Positions 50,151 to 61,064 of a DNA stretch of 64,000 nt are shown here, piece after piece. The translations under genes and the position numbers were made by a program. Each line of letters opens with the position of its first letter. Positions within the stretch are counted from its first letter, which is position 1. Origin of the DNA: a virus; IMG/VR virus record IMGVR_UViG_3300025115_000003, positions 21,694 to 85,693 of that record; one strand, 5' to 3'. The notes beneath the pieces are model-generated. The model saw nothing but the letters and a program-made list of their open reading frames with translations. It did not search any database and was not told the origin of the DNA.

Positions 50151-53100
50151 CGTGTAACTATATTTGAGTGAGCACTAACTGTTAATATTTTAAAAATAAC
50201 AGATGTATTATTTAAACCTGCGGGTTCTTCTCCACGAGGTTTAACATAAGTTAATCTGACTATTATATAAGGGTCAATAAATAAATTATTATCATACCAA
50301 TTAGTAGTTAAAGGACTACCACTTAAAGACTGTATAATATTTATTTTAGATAAGTCTACTAATTGTTGAGTTTTATCTAAAAGTTTATCTCTAAAATCAC
50401 TAAGTTTCCATGTACCACCAGTTAATCTAATATTATCTGAGGTTAATCCTATCTTATCGCTATATCTCAATTCATTTAAGATAGTAGCTTCATTGAATGT
50501 ACCATCTTTTTGTTCTACTCCATCCCAATAAACTTTAGTTACCCAAGAAATAGCTTGAAATAATTTATCTACATCTAAAGGTAAATTAAATACTAAGTCT
50601 ATAGATATATCTCTACTATCGCCTCCATTTAAATATATATTTCTAAATACTGATTCAGATTGTTGATAAACTATTGAGTTAGAACTATGAAATAAACCTG
50701 TTCTATTACTAAAGCTATAATTAGGTACATATTCATGAAACCATCCCCAAGCCTCTATTTCAGGATAATAACATAAAGTAAAGTAATCCTCATTCATTTC
50801 TCCTGAATGATCAGCATATGTTTTAACTAATAATAACCTTGTAAGTTTTTCATCCCATACTAAATATATACCAAATTGAGTAAAAGGATTATCTATATGT
50901 AATTTTTCATCTGTAGTAGCTTCTCTGTATTCTACTGGTTCTTCATCATCAAATTCTATTACTTCTCCATCATCAAAGTAATAAATATAATCTTCAAGTA
51001 ATAATTTAGAATATTGAAGATTTGTACTAAAGAATTTCTCTAATCCTAAATTAGATATTTCTTTTATTTGACCTTTAACGTAATGGAATATTTTACCTTG
51101 TTCTCTATCAACTATAAATATACCATATATACAACTTACTACACCAAATCTTGACTGACAGCCAACATAACCAGACTTATCATATCCTATTTCTATGGGT
51201 TTAGTATCGAATAAATTGGAAGAACCTAAAGCAGATACTATATCATTTGTTACTTGTAATTGCTGAATATTTCTAACTACATATAAACCTCTATGATGTA
51301 ATATTAATAAATCATTACCATCGGTAGCTAATTGTATAATCTTACCTCTATTGGAAACTGATTCATAATATTCATTTGCTAATAAAGTTCTCCAACTTTG
51401 AACTTTACCTTCTGCAAATTGCTTTAAACTTTTATGTAATCTATATGGAAATTTATTAGTAAAATCATTTTTAATATCAAATATAATATGAGGTTCAATA
51501 TTATTTAATGAAGTATTATCTGAAATAGGACTATAATATTCTTGCCATTCAAATGGATAATCTATTTCTAATAAATCTTTAACTTTTTGCCATTCAGTAT
51601 AACCTTTACTAACAAGGTTAGAATCTGTTTCTTCTTCAGGTCTATTTCTTATTTCTCTTCCTACAGTAGTAATCTCTGATTTATTTGTAATAAAGTTAAC
51701 TTTAGGAAAATATATTTCATAAGGTTCTTTTCCAGAATATCTTAATCCACTATTTAATATGCTATATGAAGGATATAAGAAATAACTAAAGTTAAACCAT
51801 TTCCAGGGATCATCTGTTATATTATGTATAAATGTCCAATATCTTGAAAACCCTATTAAATTAAAATGTACATCTCCACCATATATTTTATTTGATTCAA
51901 ATGTACCTTCTCCGAAAATAGGTATTAATTGACCAGTTCTTACTAATTTTAAATTAGTATAATTAATATAAACATTAGGTTTAAAATTATATAAAGTAAC
52001 AAGTAAATAATTTTGATCTCCATAGGAAGGAACTAATGGGTCAAAAGGATTTATGTTACCATCGGGATAAGTAGCTAATTCTGTTGTATCGTATTCTAAT
52101 TTAATATTTTCTTCTCTTTCTGTATTATTATCAGTTGTATTAAAGGAATGCCTATTAACATATTTATTTTCGGTAATTTTAATAAAATCTTCTTTTCCGT
52201 AAGGTTCAATTATAGAATCTACGTCATATATTTTACTTGTTAAATATCCATCAGGTTTAAAATGAGTTGCTGTAAATTGTTTTTTAGTAGATAGTAAATC
52301 ATAACAATTAAACATAATATGATCTGTTTCTTTATCTCCATCATACCATCTTTCTTCAGTTTTATATAACATTCCCTGTCCTAAAACTGTTGAGTTATCA
52401 TTATTTCTTTCAGCATATAATACTTCATAATATTCACATTTATCTGCAATTTCTTGTGGTATATAAACATTCTTTAATTTAATACCTAATATTGTACCAA
52501 ATAAAGTTCCATCTTGAGCTAATATGTTAGTTTGATCTAAAATTGTTACATATCCAACAAAAGAACCTATTGTGGCATATCCTGTTCCAGTAGTAGAAGT
52601 AATAGATGAACCAACTATATCTACATATTCACCATTATTTAAAGTTACAGATATTCCTGGAGTAGTTAAAGTAGTTAAAGATGTAACAGAAGCAGCTAAT
52701 GTACTAACACTATATAACTCACTACTTCCATTTTTAACTATCTTTAGAGAAGTTACTCCATTTGTAGCTACTTCATTTAATGTATGATAGAAAGTGCCAG
52801 TTATTCTTGGAGTAATAAATAAAGTAACAGGAAAAACATTATTATTAGTATATCTCCTATTATTAAAACTCATTGCTCCAACAGGAATATCTGAATTATC
52901 AAACCATAAAGCCTTTTGATATGTATAAGGAGTTGCTGTATAAGGATTAGATAAGGTATATAAAGTATCAAGATTTTGTGTATTTCTTAATACTGTTAGA
53001 TTTTCATTTAAAAATTGAGTACCTGGAAATTTATGATGTCTTATCTTTTGACCTACTAAATTAATTCCTCCTGATATAACATTTCCTTCATAATCTACTG

Positions 53101-54460
53101 CTCCATTAAATTCTTGATCTTCTGCATTCTTATCTAATTCATTGGGATAAATTTCATCTTCGTTTTCCCAATAACTCATTGTACCATCATCTTCACAGGT
53201 ATCTAATAATTGAAACGTTTTAGCATTAGGGTGAATACCTTTGTTATTATCTAAAATTGTTATATCTCCTGCTACTGGTGGTCTACCTGGAATATGAAAT
53301 GCTTGAGTTACTTTATGTCCGCCTTTTAAATGAAATCTTATAAATAATGCCATTATTTCTCCTGGCATAAAACTTTTCTTATCAAATAGAAATACAGGGT
53401 CTTTATGACTACCTTTATAACCATTCATGCTTACAGTATCTTCATATACATACTCAACTTGTATATTATTAGCATACTTTTGGTATCTTATTTCTTTTTC
53501 TGTTTCTAATCCTGCTAACCATAAAGTATTATCTATATTTATCATAGCTTCTACTTTATCATAGTATGCAGATTTAGTAATAATCGTACTTAAATCTACT
53601 GCTTCAAAACCCTCAGTATTGGAAAGTATATATGAACCATAGTAATCTGATATAGTTCTAATATCTGATATATAACAGTTATATATATTATTAGCCTTAT
53701 GTATAATACCAAATTTAAATCTTTTATATTTTGTATCTATATTGGATATAGATAATTTAAAGGATTTATTAGTGTCAATATTAGATTCACAGCCTTCTAT
53801 TTCTATAAAAGATTTTTTAGTTGAATCTTTATATATAAATATAGGATTAGATAAATGACTAAAATTACCAAAACTTCCATCTGGTAATTCATATTGAATA
53901 CAAGTATAATATACACCTGACTTTAAACTTCCTCCAGATTCAATAATTTCAGTAAGTTTGAATATAGGTACTTTAAATTCAGAAAATAATTCTAAATATA
54001 ATAAGTTTTCATCTATTACTTGTTTGTTTGAATCAAGACTAACTGTAAATGGTAAATCATCTATATTGCATATCTTAGGAGTATTATGATTATCTGACCA
54101 TACTACTATTAATTCTTGTTTGTAATTATAATAGTATTCTCCAAATACTGGATAATTAGTATTAAGATTTAAATTACCAGAAAATATAATGCTGTATTCT
54201 CCATTTCTATATACACCTATATGAGAATTTTTAGGTTGATTTTCATTACTTATGACAAAAGTAACAAATTCAGTAGGAGTAGTAATAACTCCTATTAAAG
54301 TACCTAAATCTGCAATGGCAGATATTATTTCCTCATGTCCATATTCATTTTCAAGAGCATCATATTTAGAAGAAAACATTAGATTTTTACCACCAACCCA
54401 AGTATTATTAGGTTGATTTTCTAAAGTATTATCTCTATATAAACCTTTATTTAATTTCAT
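50147..54460 (-). CDS. tail muzzle / stabilization protein (P22 gp10-like, crAss muzzle)
   Basis: 1437 aa, beta-propeller-like; KGLYRD start, GYVGCQS, WFHEYVP; conserved position. Confidence 0.8.
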   Translation of the reverse strand: MKLNKGLYRDNTLENQPNNTWVGGKNLMFSSKYDALENEYGHEEIISAIADLGTLIGVITTPTEFVTFVISNENQPKNSHIGVYRNGEYSIIFSGNLNLNTNYPVFGEYYYNYKQELIVVWSDNHNTPKICNIDDLPFTVSLDSNKQVIDENLLYLELFSEFKVPIFKLTEIIESGGSLKSGVYYTCIQYELPDGSFGNFSHLSNPIFIYKDSTKKSFIEIEGCESNIDTNKSFKLSISNIDTKYKRFKFGIIHKANNIYNCYISDIRTISDYYGSYILSNTEGFEAVDLSTIITKSAYYDKVEAMINIDNTLWLAGLETEKEIRYQKYANNIQVEYVYEDTVSMNGYKGSHKDPVFLFDKKSFMPGEIMALFIRFHLKGGHKVTQAFHIPGRPPVAGDITILDNNKGIHPNAKTFQLLDTCEDDGTMSYWENEDEIYPNELDKNAEDQEFNGAVDYEGNVISGGINLVGQKIRHHKFPGTQFLNENLTVLRNTQNLDTLYTLSNPYTATPYTYQKALWFDNSDIPVGAMSFNNRRYTNNNVFPVTLFITPRITGTFYHTLNEVATNGVTSLKIVKNGSSELYSVSTLAASVTSLTTLTTPGISVTLNNGEYVDIVGSSITSTTGTGYATIGSFVGYVTILDQTNILAQDGTLFGTILGIKLKNVYIPQEIADKCEYYEVLYAERNNDNSTVLGQGMLYKTEERWYDGDKETDHIMFNCYDLLSTKKQFTATHFKPDGYLTSKIYDVDSIIEPYGKEDFIKITENKYVNRHSFNTTDNNTEREENIKLEYDTTELATYPDGNINPFDPLVPSYGDQNYLLVTLYNFKPNVYINYTNLKLVRTGQLIPIFGEGTFESNKIYGGDVHFNLIGFSRYWTFIHNITDDPWKWFNFSYFLYPSYSILNSGLRYSGKEPYEIYFPKVNFITNKSEITTVGREIRNRPEEETDSNLVSKGYTEWQKVKDLLEIDYPFEWQEYYSPISDNTSLNNIEPHIIFDIKNDFTNKFPYRLHKSLKQFAEGKVQSWRTLLANEYYESVSNRGKIIQLATDGNDLLILHHRGLYVVRNIQQLQVTNDIVSALGSSNLFDTKPIEIGYDKSGYVGCQSRFGVVSCIYGIFIVDREQGKIFHYVKGQIKEISNLGLEKFFSTNLQYSKLLLEDYIYYFDDGEVIEFDDEEPVEYREATTDEKLHIDNPFTQFGIYLVWDEKLTRLLLVKTYADHSGEMNEDYFTLCYYPEIEAWGWFHEYVPNYSFSNRTGLFHSSNSIVYQQSESVFRNIYLNGGDSRDISIDLVFNLPLDVDKLFQAISWVTKVYWDGVEQKDGTFNEATILNELRYSDKIGLTSDNIRLTGGTWKLSDFRDKLLDKTQQLVDLSKINIIQSLSGSPLTTNWYDNNLFIDPYIIVRLTYVKPRGEEPAGLNNTSVIFKILTVSAHSNIVTR

Positions 54461-54466
54461 TATATA

Positions 54467-54931
54467 TTAATTAAAATGTAGTGAAGCCAAAGTCAAAACA
54501 TTTGTTCCTGCTGATTTAGTTTCAAATATATGCCCACATTCTTTGAAGTGAGTATCCACTGCCGGCAAACCTGAACCTGAATTATTTATACCTATTGCTC
54601 TACCATCATCATCTGCTGCTATAAGTATCTGCCCCGTTGCACAAGCAGTAGAATCTTTCAGTAATACTTGACAAATAGAACCAGTTACCCACATCCACAT
54701 TTCAGCATCATCAGCAACTCCCGATTCAGCACAAATTCCAATAGTATCGTACTCATTATCCTGTGGGATAACTTTATTATCTTCTGTCTGTGATATTGCT
54801 AAAAGCATTCCTTTTACACTCGTTGCTTTTGTTCCATTAACAACTTTAACAAGAAAGCCTCTTTCGTTTGTTACTGGATCGCTGCCTATTGCAGACATTC
54901 CATCACCTGTTGTTATTACTTGCAATGCCAT
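54467..54931 (-). CDS. small virion fibre/cement-like protein (154 aa)
   Basis: IGICAESGVADDAEMWMWVTG beta-clip-like pattern; higher GC than flanks. Confidence 0.55.
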   Translation of the reverse strand: MALQVITTGDGMSAIGSDPVTNERGFLVKVVNGTKATSVKGMLLAISQTEDNKVIPQDNEYDTIGICAESGVADDAEMWMWVTGSICQVLLKDSTACATGQILIAADDDGRAIGINNSGSGLPAVDTHFKECGHIFETKSAGTNVLTLASLHFN

Positions 54932-57492
54932 TAGGGAGTTATTATTTGTTTAGTTACCCAACTACTTGATTCTCTTCTTTGAACTATTAGATTATTTCCG
55001 TTTCTACCTTGCCTATATGTTCCATCTATATTAGGCAATCCCCAATATATCCAACCATCATCAGATAATACTTTATTATATTCACCTCCTGCAAGATAGT
55101 GCATATACGTAGGAATTAAAGGAGAAGCTGCACCAAAAGTTAAACTTACATCGTATAGATGAAATTCAGCAGCACCATTTGTATATAACTGAAGCCTTGT
55201 TTGTTGACCAGCTTCTAAATATACAGTTACTCCATCCCAAGTCAATTCGCTATCACTCTCCATGCGAACTACTCCATATTGACCTTCTATCCAAGATGAA
55301 CCATTATAAATATCTATTCTTGAACCAACCTCTGCTCCACCTGTAGTATTTCTACCGATTACAGCTAAAGAATAATATCCATCAAAAGGAACTTCTATTG
55401 ATTCAAAAAATAGATAATTAAGCCCAGAAGCAGCAGAAAATACTGCTATATGACCATGTAATCCTCCTGAACCTAAAGCTAAACTATATCCAAAATTTAA
55501 AGATGTATCTATTTCATCCCTAAGATTACCATTTTTCATAAAATTTAAACTACTTATAAATCCATGAGAACCAGCTTTAGGATGGGAAGTAGTTATCATT
55601 GGTGTACTCGATGCTAAACTCAAAGGCATATATGTAATAAAACTATCATCTGCTTGAATATTCATAAATACACCAAGATTGTATATTCTAATATTCTTTA
55701 ATGTAGAATCAAAACCTATGCCTTTATCTATATAAGTACCACCTTCAAAAATAAAACTAACATCTTTTACATTAGCATCTGATATTATAATAGGTAAAGT
55801 TGCATCTGGAAAGAAATCACAACCTACAAATGTAACCGATTGTGCTACACCTGTACCATATACTAAAATAGGAGTTATTTCAGGTACTATATTATATCCA
55901 AATTTACAACCTATAAATATATTTTGGTTAAATTCACTTAATCTTCTAAGATTAGGATCATCATTCCAAGTACCTAATTTAAGAATCCATTGACCTATTG
56001 TACAATTAGACCATTTATTATTATATTGGGTATCAAATGTACCAAGTGGTTCTAAATCAGGAGTAGTTAATCCAGTAGTTAAAGTTTTAAAGAAACAATC
56101 ATTGAAACTGGATTCCATTAATCCTACTATAAGAAAATCACCCTCTGTTTGGATTTGCTTAAAATGTAATCTTTTACAAGCATTAACTTCAATTAAAATA
56201 GGAGTAGAGTTAGTAGTAATAAATCTTGCACCATTACCATCTACAATTAAAGAACTTGCTGTAAAGGTAGTATCTGATGGATTTCCAGATAATACATTTT
56301 TATTACTTATTGTAACTTTACTATTTAAAACATAATTAACTCCCCTTAGAGTTAATACTCCTCTGGTTATATAAGCAAAGAAACTATTAAAAGCAGATGA
56401 ATCATCTGTTACTCCATCACCTCTTGCTCCAAAAAATTCAGGAAATATTCTTTTATCTACTCTTTTGTACCTATCTCCAGATGCAGATACTATAGTCATT
56501 ATTCCATCATCAGCAGTAGAAGTATCTCCTGGATCAAATTCAAAATCTCCTTCTAATCCATTGTTTGAAATAAATATAGCAGGATTTTGCAAAGATATAT
56601 CTGTATTAGCTATTGCTCTAACTTCCGAAATAGTCTTAGATATAACTACTTTATTAGTAGCTTTAGCATAATAATAAGGATCGAGTTCTTCAATTAAATC
56701 ACTAAATAATTGTTTATATAATTTACCATTTACTTCTCTTACAATTCCTCCTATATCTACTTTATGATCAAAACCTAATAGATTAAGTACTCGTAGATCA
56801 CCAAGTATAATAATACCTGTATCATCTGTTACAGGATTAGTTTCAGTAAAAATTTCATATATGTTAAATAGATGATCTATATCATATATGTCTGCACCTA
56901 ATTCTATAGTATAATCATAAGCTAAACTAAATCCATCCGAAGATACTAATGCTGGAGCAACAGTTATACTATCTTCATCTTTCCAAGAAGTAACTCTTTT
57001 GGCAATACCTTGTCCTAATAATTTATCTAATTCATTTCTCCATTTAGGTATATTGGAATCAATAGTTAATATTTGATTCTCATCTCCTTTCGGAAGTCTT
57101 GTTAAATTTCCGCTTGCATTTCTATAGTATATATCTCCAACTGCATCACTACCTAACTCAATACCGCCTGCTATGTGTAAATCTTTTATTTTCTTTGCTA
57201 TTGTACCTAAATCATAAGCATTGTTTGAAGCAGGTTCTAAAGCACTCTCTCTAAGAGTTAATCTTAATACATTATTGACTTCATATTCTGCATAACCATT
57301 AACGCCTGCAAATACTTCAAGTTTGGTATTACCACTTATTATATAAGAACGATCTCCAATTACTTTTGCTAATTCATACAAGTTAATTCTAATGGATTTA
57401 TCAGAACCAATTCTACCAATAGCAACAAAATCATTCTGATCTTGAATATCAGAATGAGTTAAGGTAATTTCAGCATCTATAATTTTTGTCAT
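54931..57492 (-). CDS. tail spike / depolymerase with pectate-lyase-like beta-helix (853 aa)
   Basis: GDFEFDPGDTSTADDG spike head; PEFFGARGDGVTDDSSAF beta-helix cap; C-terminal beta-sandwich. Confidence 0.8.
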   Translation of the reverse strand: MTKIIDAEITLTHSDIQDQNDFVAIGRIGSDKSIRINLYELAKVIGDRSYIISGNTKLEVFAGVNGYAEYEVNNVLRLTLRESALEPASNNAYDLGTIAKKIKDLHIAGGIELGSDAVGDIYYRNASGNLTRLPKGDENQILTIDSNIPKWRNELDKLLGQGIAKRVTSWKDEDSITVAPALVSSDGFSLAYDYTIELGADIYDIDHLFNIYEIFTETNPVTDDTGIIILGDLRVLNLLGFDHKVDIGGIVREVNGKLYKQLFSDLIEELDPYYYAKATNKVVISKTISEVRAIANTDISLQNPAIFISNNGLEGDFEFDPGDTSTADDGIMTIVSASGDRYKRVDKRIFPEFFGARGDGVTDDSSAFNSFFAYITRGVLTLRGVNYVLNSKVTISNKNVLSGNPSDTTFTASSLIVDGNGARFITTNSTPILIEVNACKRLHFKQIQTEGDFLIVGLMESSFNDCFFKTLTTGLTTPDLEPLGTFDTQYNNKWSNCTIGQWILKLGTWNDDPNLRRLSEFNQNIFIGCKFGYNIVPEITPILVYGTGVAQSVTFVGCDFFPDATLPIIISDANVKDVSFIFEGGTYIDKGIGFDSTLKNIRIYNLGVFMNIQADDSFITYMPLSLASSTPMITTSHPKAGSHGFISSLNFMKNGNLRDEIDTSLNFGYSLALGSGGLHGHIAVFSAASGLNYLFFESIEVPFDGYYSLAVIGRNTTGGAEVGSRIDIYNGSSWIEGQYGVVRMESDSELTWDGVTVYLEAGQQTRLQLYTNGAAEFHLYDVSLTFGAASPLIPTYMHYLAGGEYNKVLSDDGWIYWGLPNIDGTYRQGRNGNNLIVQRRESSSWVTKQIITP

Positions 57493-58181
57493 TCTGTATA
57501 ATAAGGATTAAATTCTACAGTTTTATGATAATTATAATCTACAATAAAAGTTCTTAGTATTTTACTTATTTCACTTCTTGTATCCGAATCTATATTTATT
57601 ACAGAATTTCTTGCTATTTTTTTGTATTTTTCCCAAGCTAAAGCTGGATTAGTAAATTCATTATTATCCTTTAAAGAGAAATTAGGAACTAAGTGTCCTC
57701 TTTCTAATAACCTTTTAAGTATATACCAATCTAAAGCAGTTAATACATCTTCATTATCAGGTATTAAAGGAAAATATAATTTTAAATTAGCATCTAATTC
57801 AATAGGTAAAACTTTAATATAAATTCTAACATCTCCTGTTTCAAATGTAGTAATAATATAACCATTAGATAATTCATATTTTGCATAAGGATGGTATATT
57901 TCAGCATTAATAGCAGGAATAGCAGTATTTATACCTTCAATTCTATCTAATCTCCAACCTTCATATTCAACTGCCATTAACTCTTTAGTTTGAGGTGGAA
58001 TAATACATTTATAATCTACTACTGAATCCTCAACTACAGCATCTTGTAGAGCTACAAATAAATCTAATTCCCCCATTCCTTGATGAATCCAATTAGGAAC
58101 TCTTGATATAAAACCAGAGTAATCAATATTAAATCTATCAAATACTCTGGCTATACAAACTTTAGAAGATATAGTCAACAT
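57489..58181 (-). CDS. tail ring / tubular protein (230 aa)
   Basis: GYIITTFETG...PLIPD...ALDWYI; crAss ring-protein-like, conserved position. Confidence 0.7.
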   Translation of the reverse strand: MLTISSKVCIARVFDRFNIDYSGFISRVPNWIHQGMGELDLFVALQDAVVEDSVVDYKCIIPPQTKELMAVEYEGWRLDRIEGINTAIPAINAEIYHPYAKYELSNGYIITTFETGDVRIYIKVLPIELDANLKLYFPLIPDNEDVLTALDWYILKRLLERGHLVPNFSLKDNNEFTNPALAWEKYKKIARNSVINIDSDTRSEISKILRTFIVDYNYHKTVEFNPYYTE

Positions 58182-58198
58182 ATCTTTATTGTTTTAGG

Positions 58199-59059
58199 TT
58201 ATTGCAGCACTGTAATTGTTAATGTTCCTTCTGAAATAACTTCCACAAATAAATTTGTTTCTGCTATTTTGAAAGTAAGGACTTGTTGACCTGGATTCGA
58301 TAAAAGAATATTTCCAATGGTAGATGATGTTCCCTCCACAATTTCTATTTCCATTTTTGCTACTTCCCCAGCGTCTCCTTCAGTTACATCATCTGAAAGA
58401 ATCTGTAAATAATAATTTCCATTAATCAAATTTCCATCTTCAGCAAATGCTCTGTCAATGTATAAGCCTGGAATTTCAGTATCCCTTTCAACACTCGAAG
58501 CACTTGAATAGACATTAAGTTGTCCTGTCTGTATAACATCTACATCAATAGTGCCTTCACAAAGTTCACCAAGATCTCCAATACTTACAGCAAGAGTTTG
58601 TTCACTTGAGTGCTCAAGAGTGATTGTTACTTCTGCTGTTCCATCAACAAATGTTATAGCCGATATGTTAACCACTCCACCGTTTCCTTCGTTTTGATTA
58701 GAGGAAACAACATTTACTGTTTGTTCACCTGTAATTCTTTCTCCAGTTTGGTCAAGTGCCTGACTAATTTTTATAACAAATGGACTACCTTTTTCAATAA
58801 TCAATGGATCAGTTGTTAATAACATAGTACCAGGACTGGCATTAATTGCAGTCATAGTTCCTTCATCATCTACTTCTACTTTCCAAATCTTATTTTCAGA
58901 AGATAAAAGTAAATACGGCTTAGGAGCTACTATTTCATTACTTAAGTATACTAATACTTCATTTAGTGATTTTATTTCTTTGTTAAGTAAGTCTACTAAT
59001 CTAATTAAATCAGATTCTATATTACCCTCGTTCCCAAATACAAATTCTATTTTATTCAT
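58199..59059 (-). CDS. virion protein with C-terminal Ig-like domains (start likely MNKIEF)
   Basis: Two beta-sandwich-like repeats (ALDQTGERITG / AFAEDGNLING); the 3' part is higher in GC. Confidence 0.6.
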   Translation of the reverse strand: MNKIEFVFGNEGNIESDLIRLVDLLNKEIKSLNEVLVYLSNEIVAPKPYLLLSSENKIWKVEVDDEGTMTAINASPGTMLLTTDPLIIEKGSPFVIKISQALDQTGERITGEQTVNVVSSNQNEGNGGVVNISAITFVDGTAEVTITLEHSSEQTLAVSIGDLGELCEGTIDVDVIQTGQLNVYSSASSVERDTEIPGLYIDRAFAEDGNLINGNYYLQILSDDVTEGDAGEVAKMEIEIVEGTSSTIGNILLSNPGQQVLTFKIAETNLFVEVISEGTLTITVLQ

Positions 59060-59060
59060 T

Positions 59061-60005
59061 TTAATATGGATATAATTCAAAAGTTCGTGTACAATAATAT
59101 TCATCAACTCTTTCCAAAGCTAATATCTTATCTCTTAACCCTAATTCATCTGTTTCAATTATTTGCTCTACTGTTCCATTTTGATTAGTAAAATCTATCT
59201 GACTACGAGTAGAATTTCTAACAAGATTAGTAGGTACAATATTATATAAATGACTATTTGGATTATTACAATATCTATGGTGTAAATCTACCCAATAACT
59301 ATATTCTTTATCTAAATAAATATGCCATTTAATATTATACTTACTCATAGAATTAATAAATGAATCCCTTGATATAAGTTTAGCTTCATATTTTTTAAGT
59401 AAACTTGGGTCTAATTCAGCAGCCTTTTCTTTTAAATATTTTAAGGATGCTCCCCAATCTACTTTCTTAATTCCTAAGTTAGGTTTATTCTTTTTAATAG
59501 TAGGCTTTCTTACAATTTTAATAGTAAATTGAGGAATAAGTCTACCATAATTTTCACCAGCTAATATACTCTTTTGTACATTATTAAAATAACACTTAAG
59601 TACAAATTTAATGCTATCTTCATCTATGTTTTCAAATTGAGTATAATATTCTAATCTTTCTTTAGCTACTTGTAGTTGTTTATACAAATTAACAACCTCT
59701 AATACATAAGTTACTACTAAAGAACTTTTGATTTTAACAAAATCGTATGATTTATTAGCATTATTCTTATCTATATCTTTAAGTATAGATTCAGGAATTT
59801 GCATTTTAGAAGCATCTTGTTTTAGAATTATATGTATTAATTCAGTAATATACAAATCACTTGAATAATCTAATACTTTAATTCTTAACGCATTAATGTT
59901 ATTCGATAAGCTATCAATTACTGACTTATTAGTATCTATTTCAGACCTAACATTCTGTATAAAACTTGATACTACTGCATCTACAAATTCTTTATTAGCT
60001 GGCAT
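59061..60005 (-). CDS. structural-module protein with IHF/HU-like C-terminal region (314 aa)
   Basis: Coiled coil followed by ILAGENYG..FTIKIVRK..VDWGAS; lies between ring genes. Confidence 0.5.
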   Translation of the reverse strand: MPANKEFVDAVVSSFIQNVRSEIDTNKSVIDSLSNNINALRIKVLDYSSDLYITELIHIILKQDASKMQIPESILKDIDKNNANKSYDFVKIKSSLVVTYVLEVVNLYKQLQVAKERLEYYTQFENIDEDSIKFVLKCYFNNVQKSILAGENYGRLIPQFTIKIVRKPTIKKNKPNLGIKKVDWGASLKYLKEKAAELDPSLLKKYEAKLISRDSFINSMSKYNIKWHIYLDKEYSYWVDLHHRYCNNPNSHLYNIVPTNLVRNSTRSQIDFTNQNGTVEQIIETDELGLRDKILALERVDEYYCTRTFELYPY

Positions 60006-60011
60006 ATGTTT

Positions 60012-60731
60012 TTAATTATTGTCTAAATGAGGACTTATAATTTTATCTTTATCGTCAGTTAATGATAATTCAGTAGCTAATAACTTTTCTTTAACTAATT
60101 GAATTATATCGTCTGGCATAGGAAAATCTACTGTATCTAAATAAGTAATACCTGCTTGTTTAGCATCCAATGATTCATCTTGAATAAAATCATAAGACGA
60201 ATGAACTCCTTCTACCATTATATCAATAGAAGTTAGAGGTTCATCTTCATCTATTTCATTAGGTACATAATATACATAAATATAACCATTTAGATAATCA
60301 TATGTAGGAGGAGTAACTAATGATTCCTCTTCATCTACTTGGTATGCTTTTTGTACTGCCGGTAAAAGTTTATAATACTCTAAAGCAGCAGTATTTATAA
60401 AAGTAAATGGTATTTGACCATTAATAGACCCTACATAAGTAAAAGGATCATCAGTTATATATCGAACTGGTTTAGCTACTTTATTTATAGTTCTAAAACA
60501 GTTACCTACTATTTCATCATTTAAACTTGAATCAGCTATATTAACTCTCTTACAAGTAATAGAATATCTTGTCTTAAATTGAGAGTCTATCCCATGCTTA
60601 TTTATTTGTTGTCTTATATATACAGCTAATTCTTGTTTATATATTGCTTTAACTCTCTCTTTTAACATATCGTCAAAAGGTCTATTGAGAGATAAGGCAA
60701 TTTGATCTGCTATTTGTTTTAATGTAGCCAT
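60012..60731 (-). CDS. tail ring protein (239 aa)
   Basis: MATLKQIA start, YLNGYIYVY, FPMPDDII; crAss ring-like. Confidence 0.7.
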   Translation of the reverse strand: MATLKQIADQIALSLNRPFDDMLKERVKAIYKQELAVYIRQQINKHGIDSQFKTRYSITCKRVNIADSSLNDEIVGNCFRTINKVAKPVRYITDDPFTYVGSINGQIPFTFINTAALEYYKLLPAVQKAYQVDEEESLVTPPTYDYLNGYIYVYYVPNEIDEDEPLTSIDIMVEGVHSSYDFIQDESLDAKQAGITYLDTVDFPMPDDIIQLVKEKLLATELSLTDDKDKIISPHLDNN

Positions 60732-60734
60732 ATA

Positions 60735-61064
60735 TTAATTGTTTACATCGTATATATTACTGAGTCTATCTTCTACATTATTGGGTTTAGCTACTGTTTT
60801 AAAATTATGATCTATCTGCTTTAAAACTTTATTAAAATTATCTTTTTTAACAACTTGCTCGTAATTATTTTTTAATTCAGTACATTTAGTATTTAAACTA
60901 TTTATATCTTCTTTCACTTTAGTTGAAAATACAATAATCCAAAAAACAGAACTTATAATAATAGGCAATAAAGTAGAAATGGCAGTATTAATAGTAAATT
61001 TATTATCCTGCTTTTGCATAGATAATACCAATTTTTCTAAATTTTCATATTGTTCTTTTGTCAT
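60735..61064 (-). CDS. single-TM coiled-coil protein, holin-like candidate (109 aa)
   Basis: TM segment LLPIIISSVFWIIVF followed by a coiled coil. Confidence 0.5.
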   Translation of the reverse strand: MTKEQYENLEKLVLSMQKQDNKFTINTAISTLLPIIISSVFWIIVFSTKVKEDINSLNTKCTELKNNYEQVVKKDNFNKVLKQIDHNFKTVAKPNNVEDRLSNIYDVNN

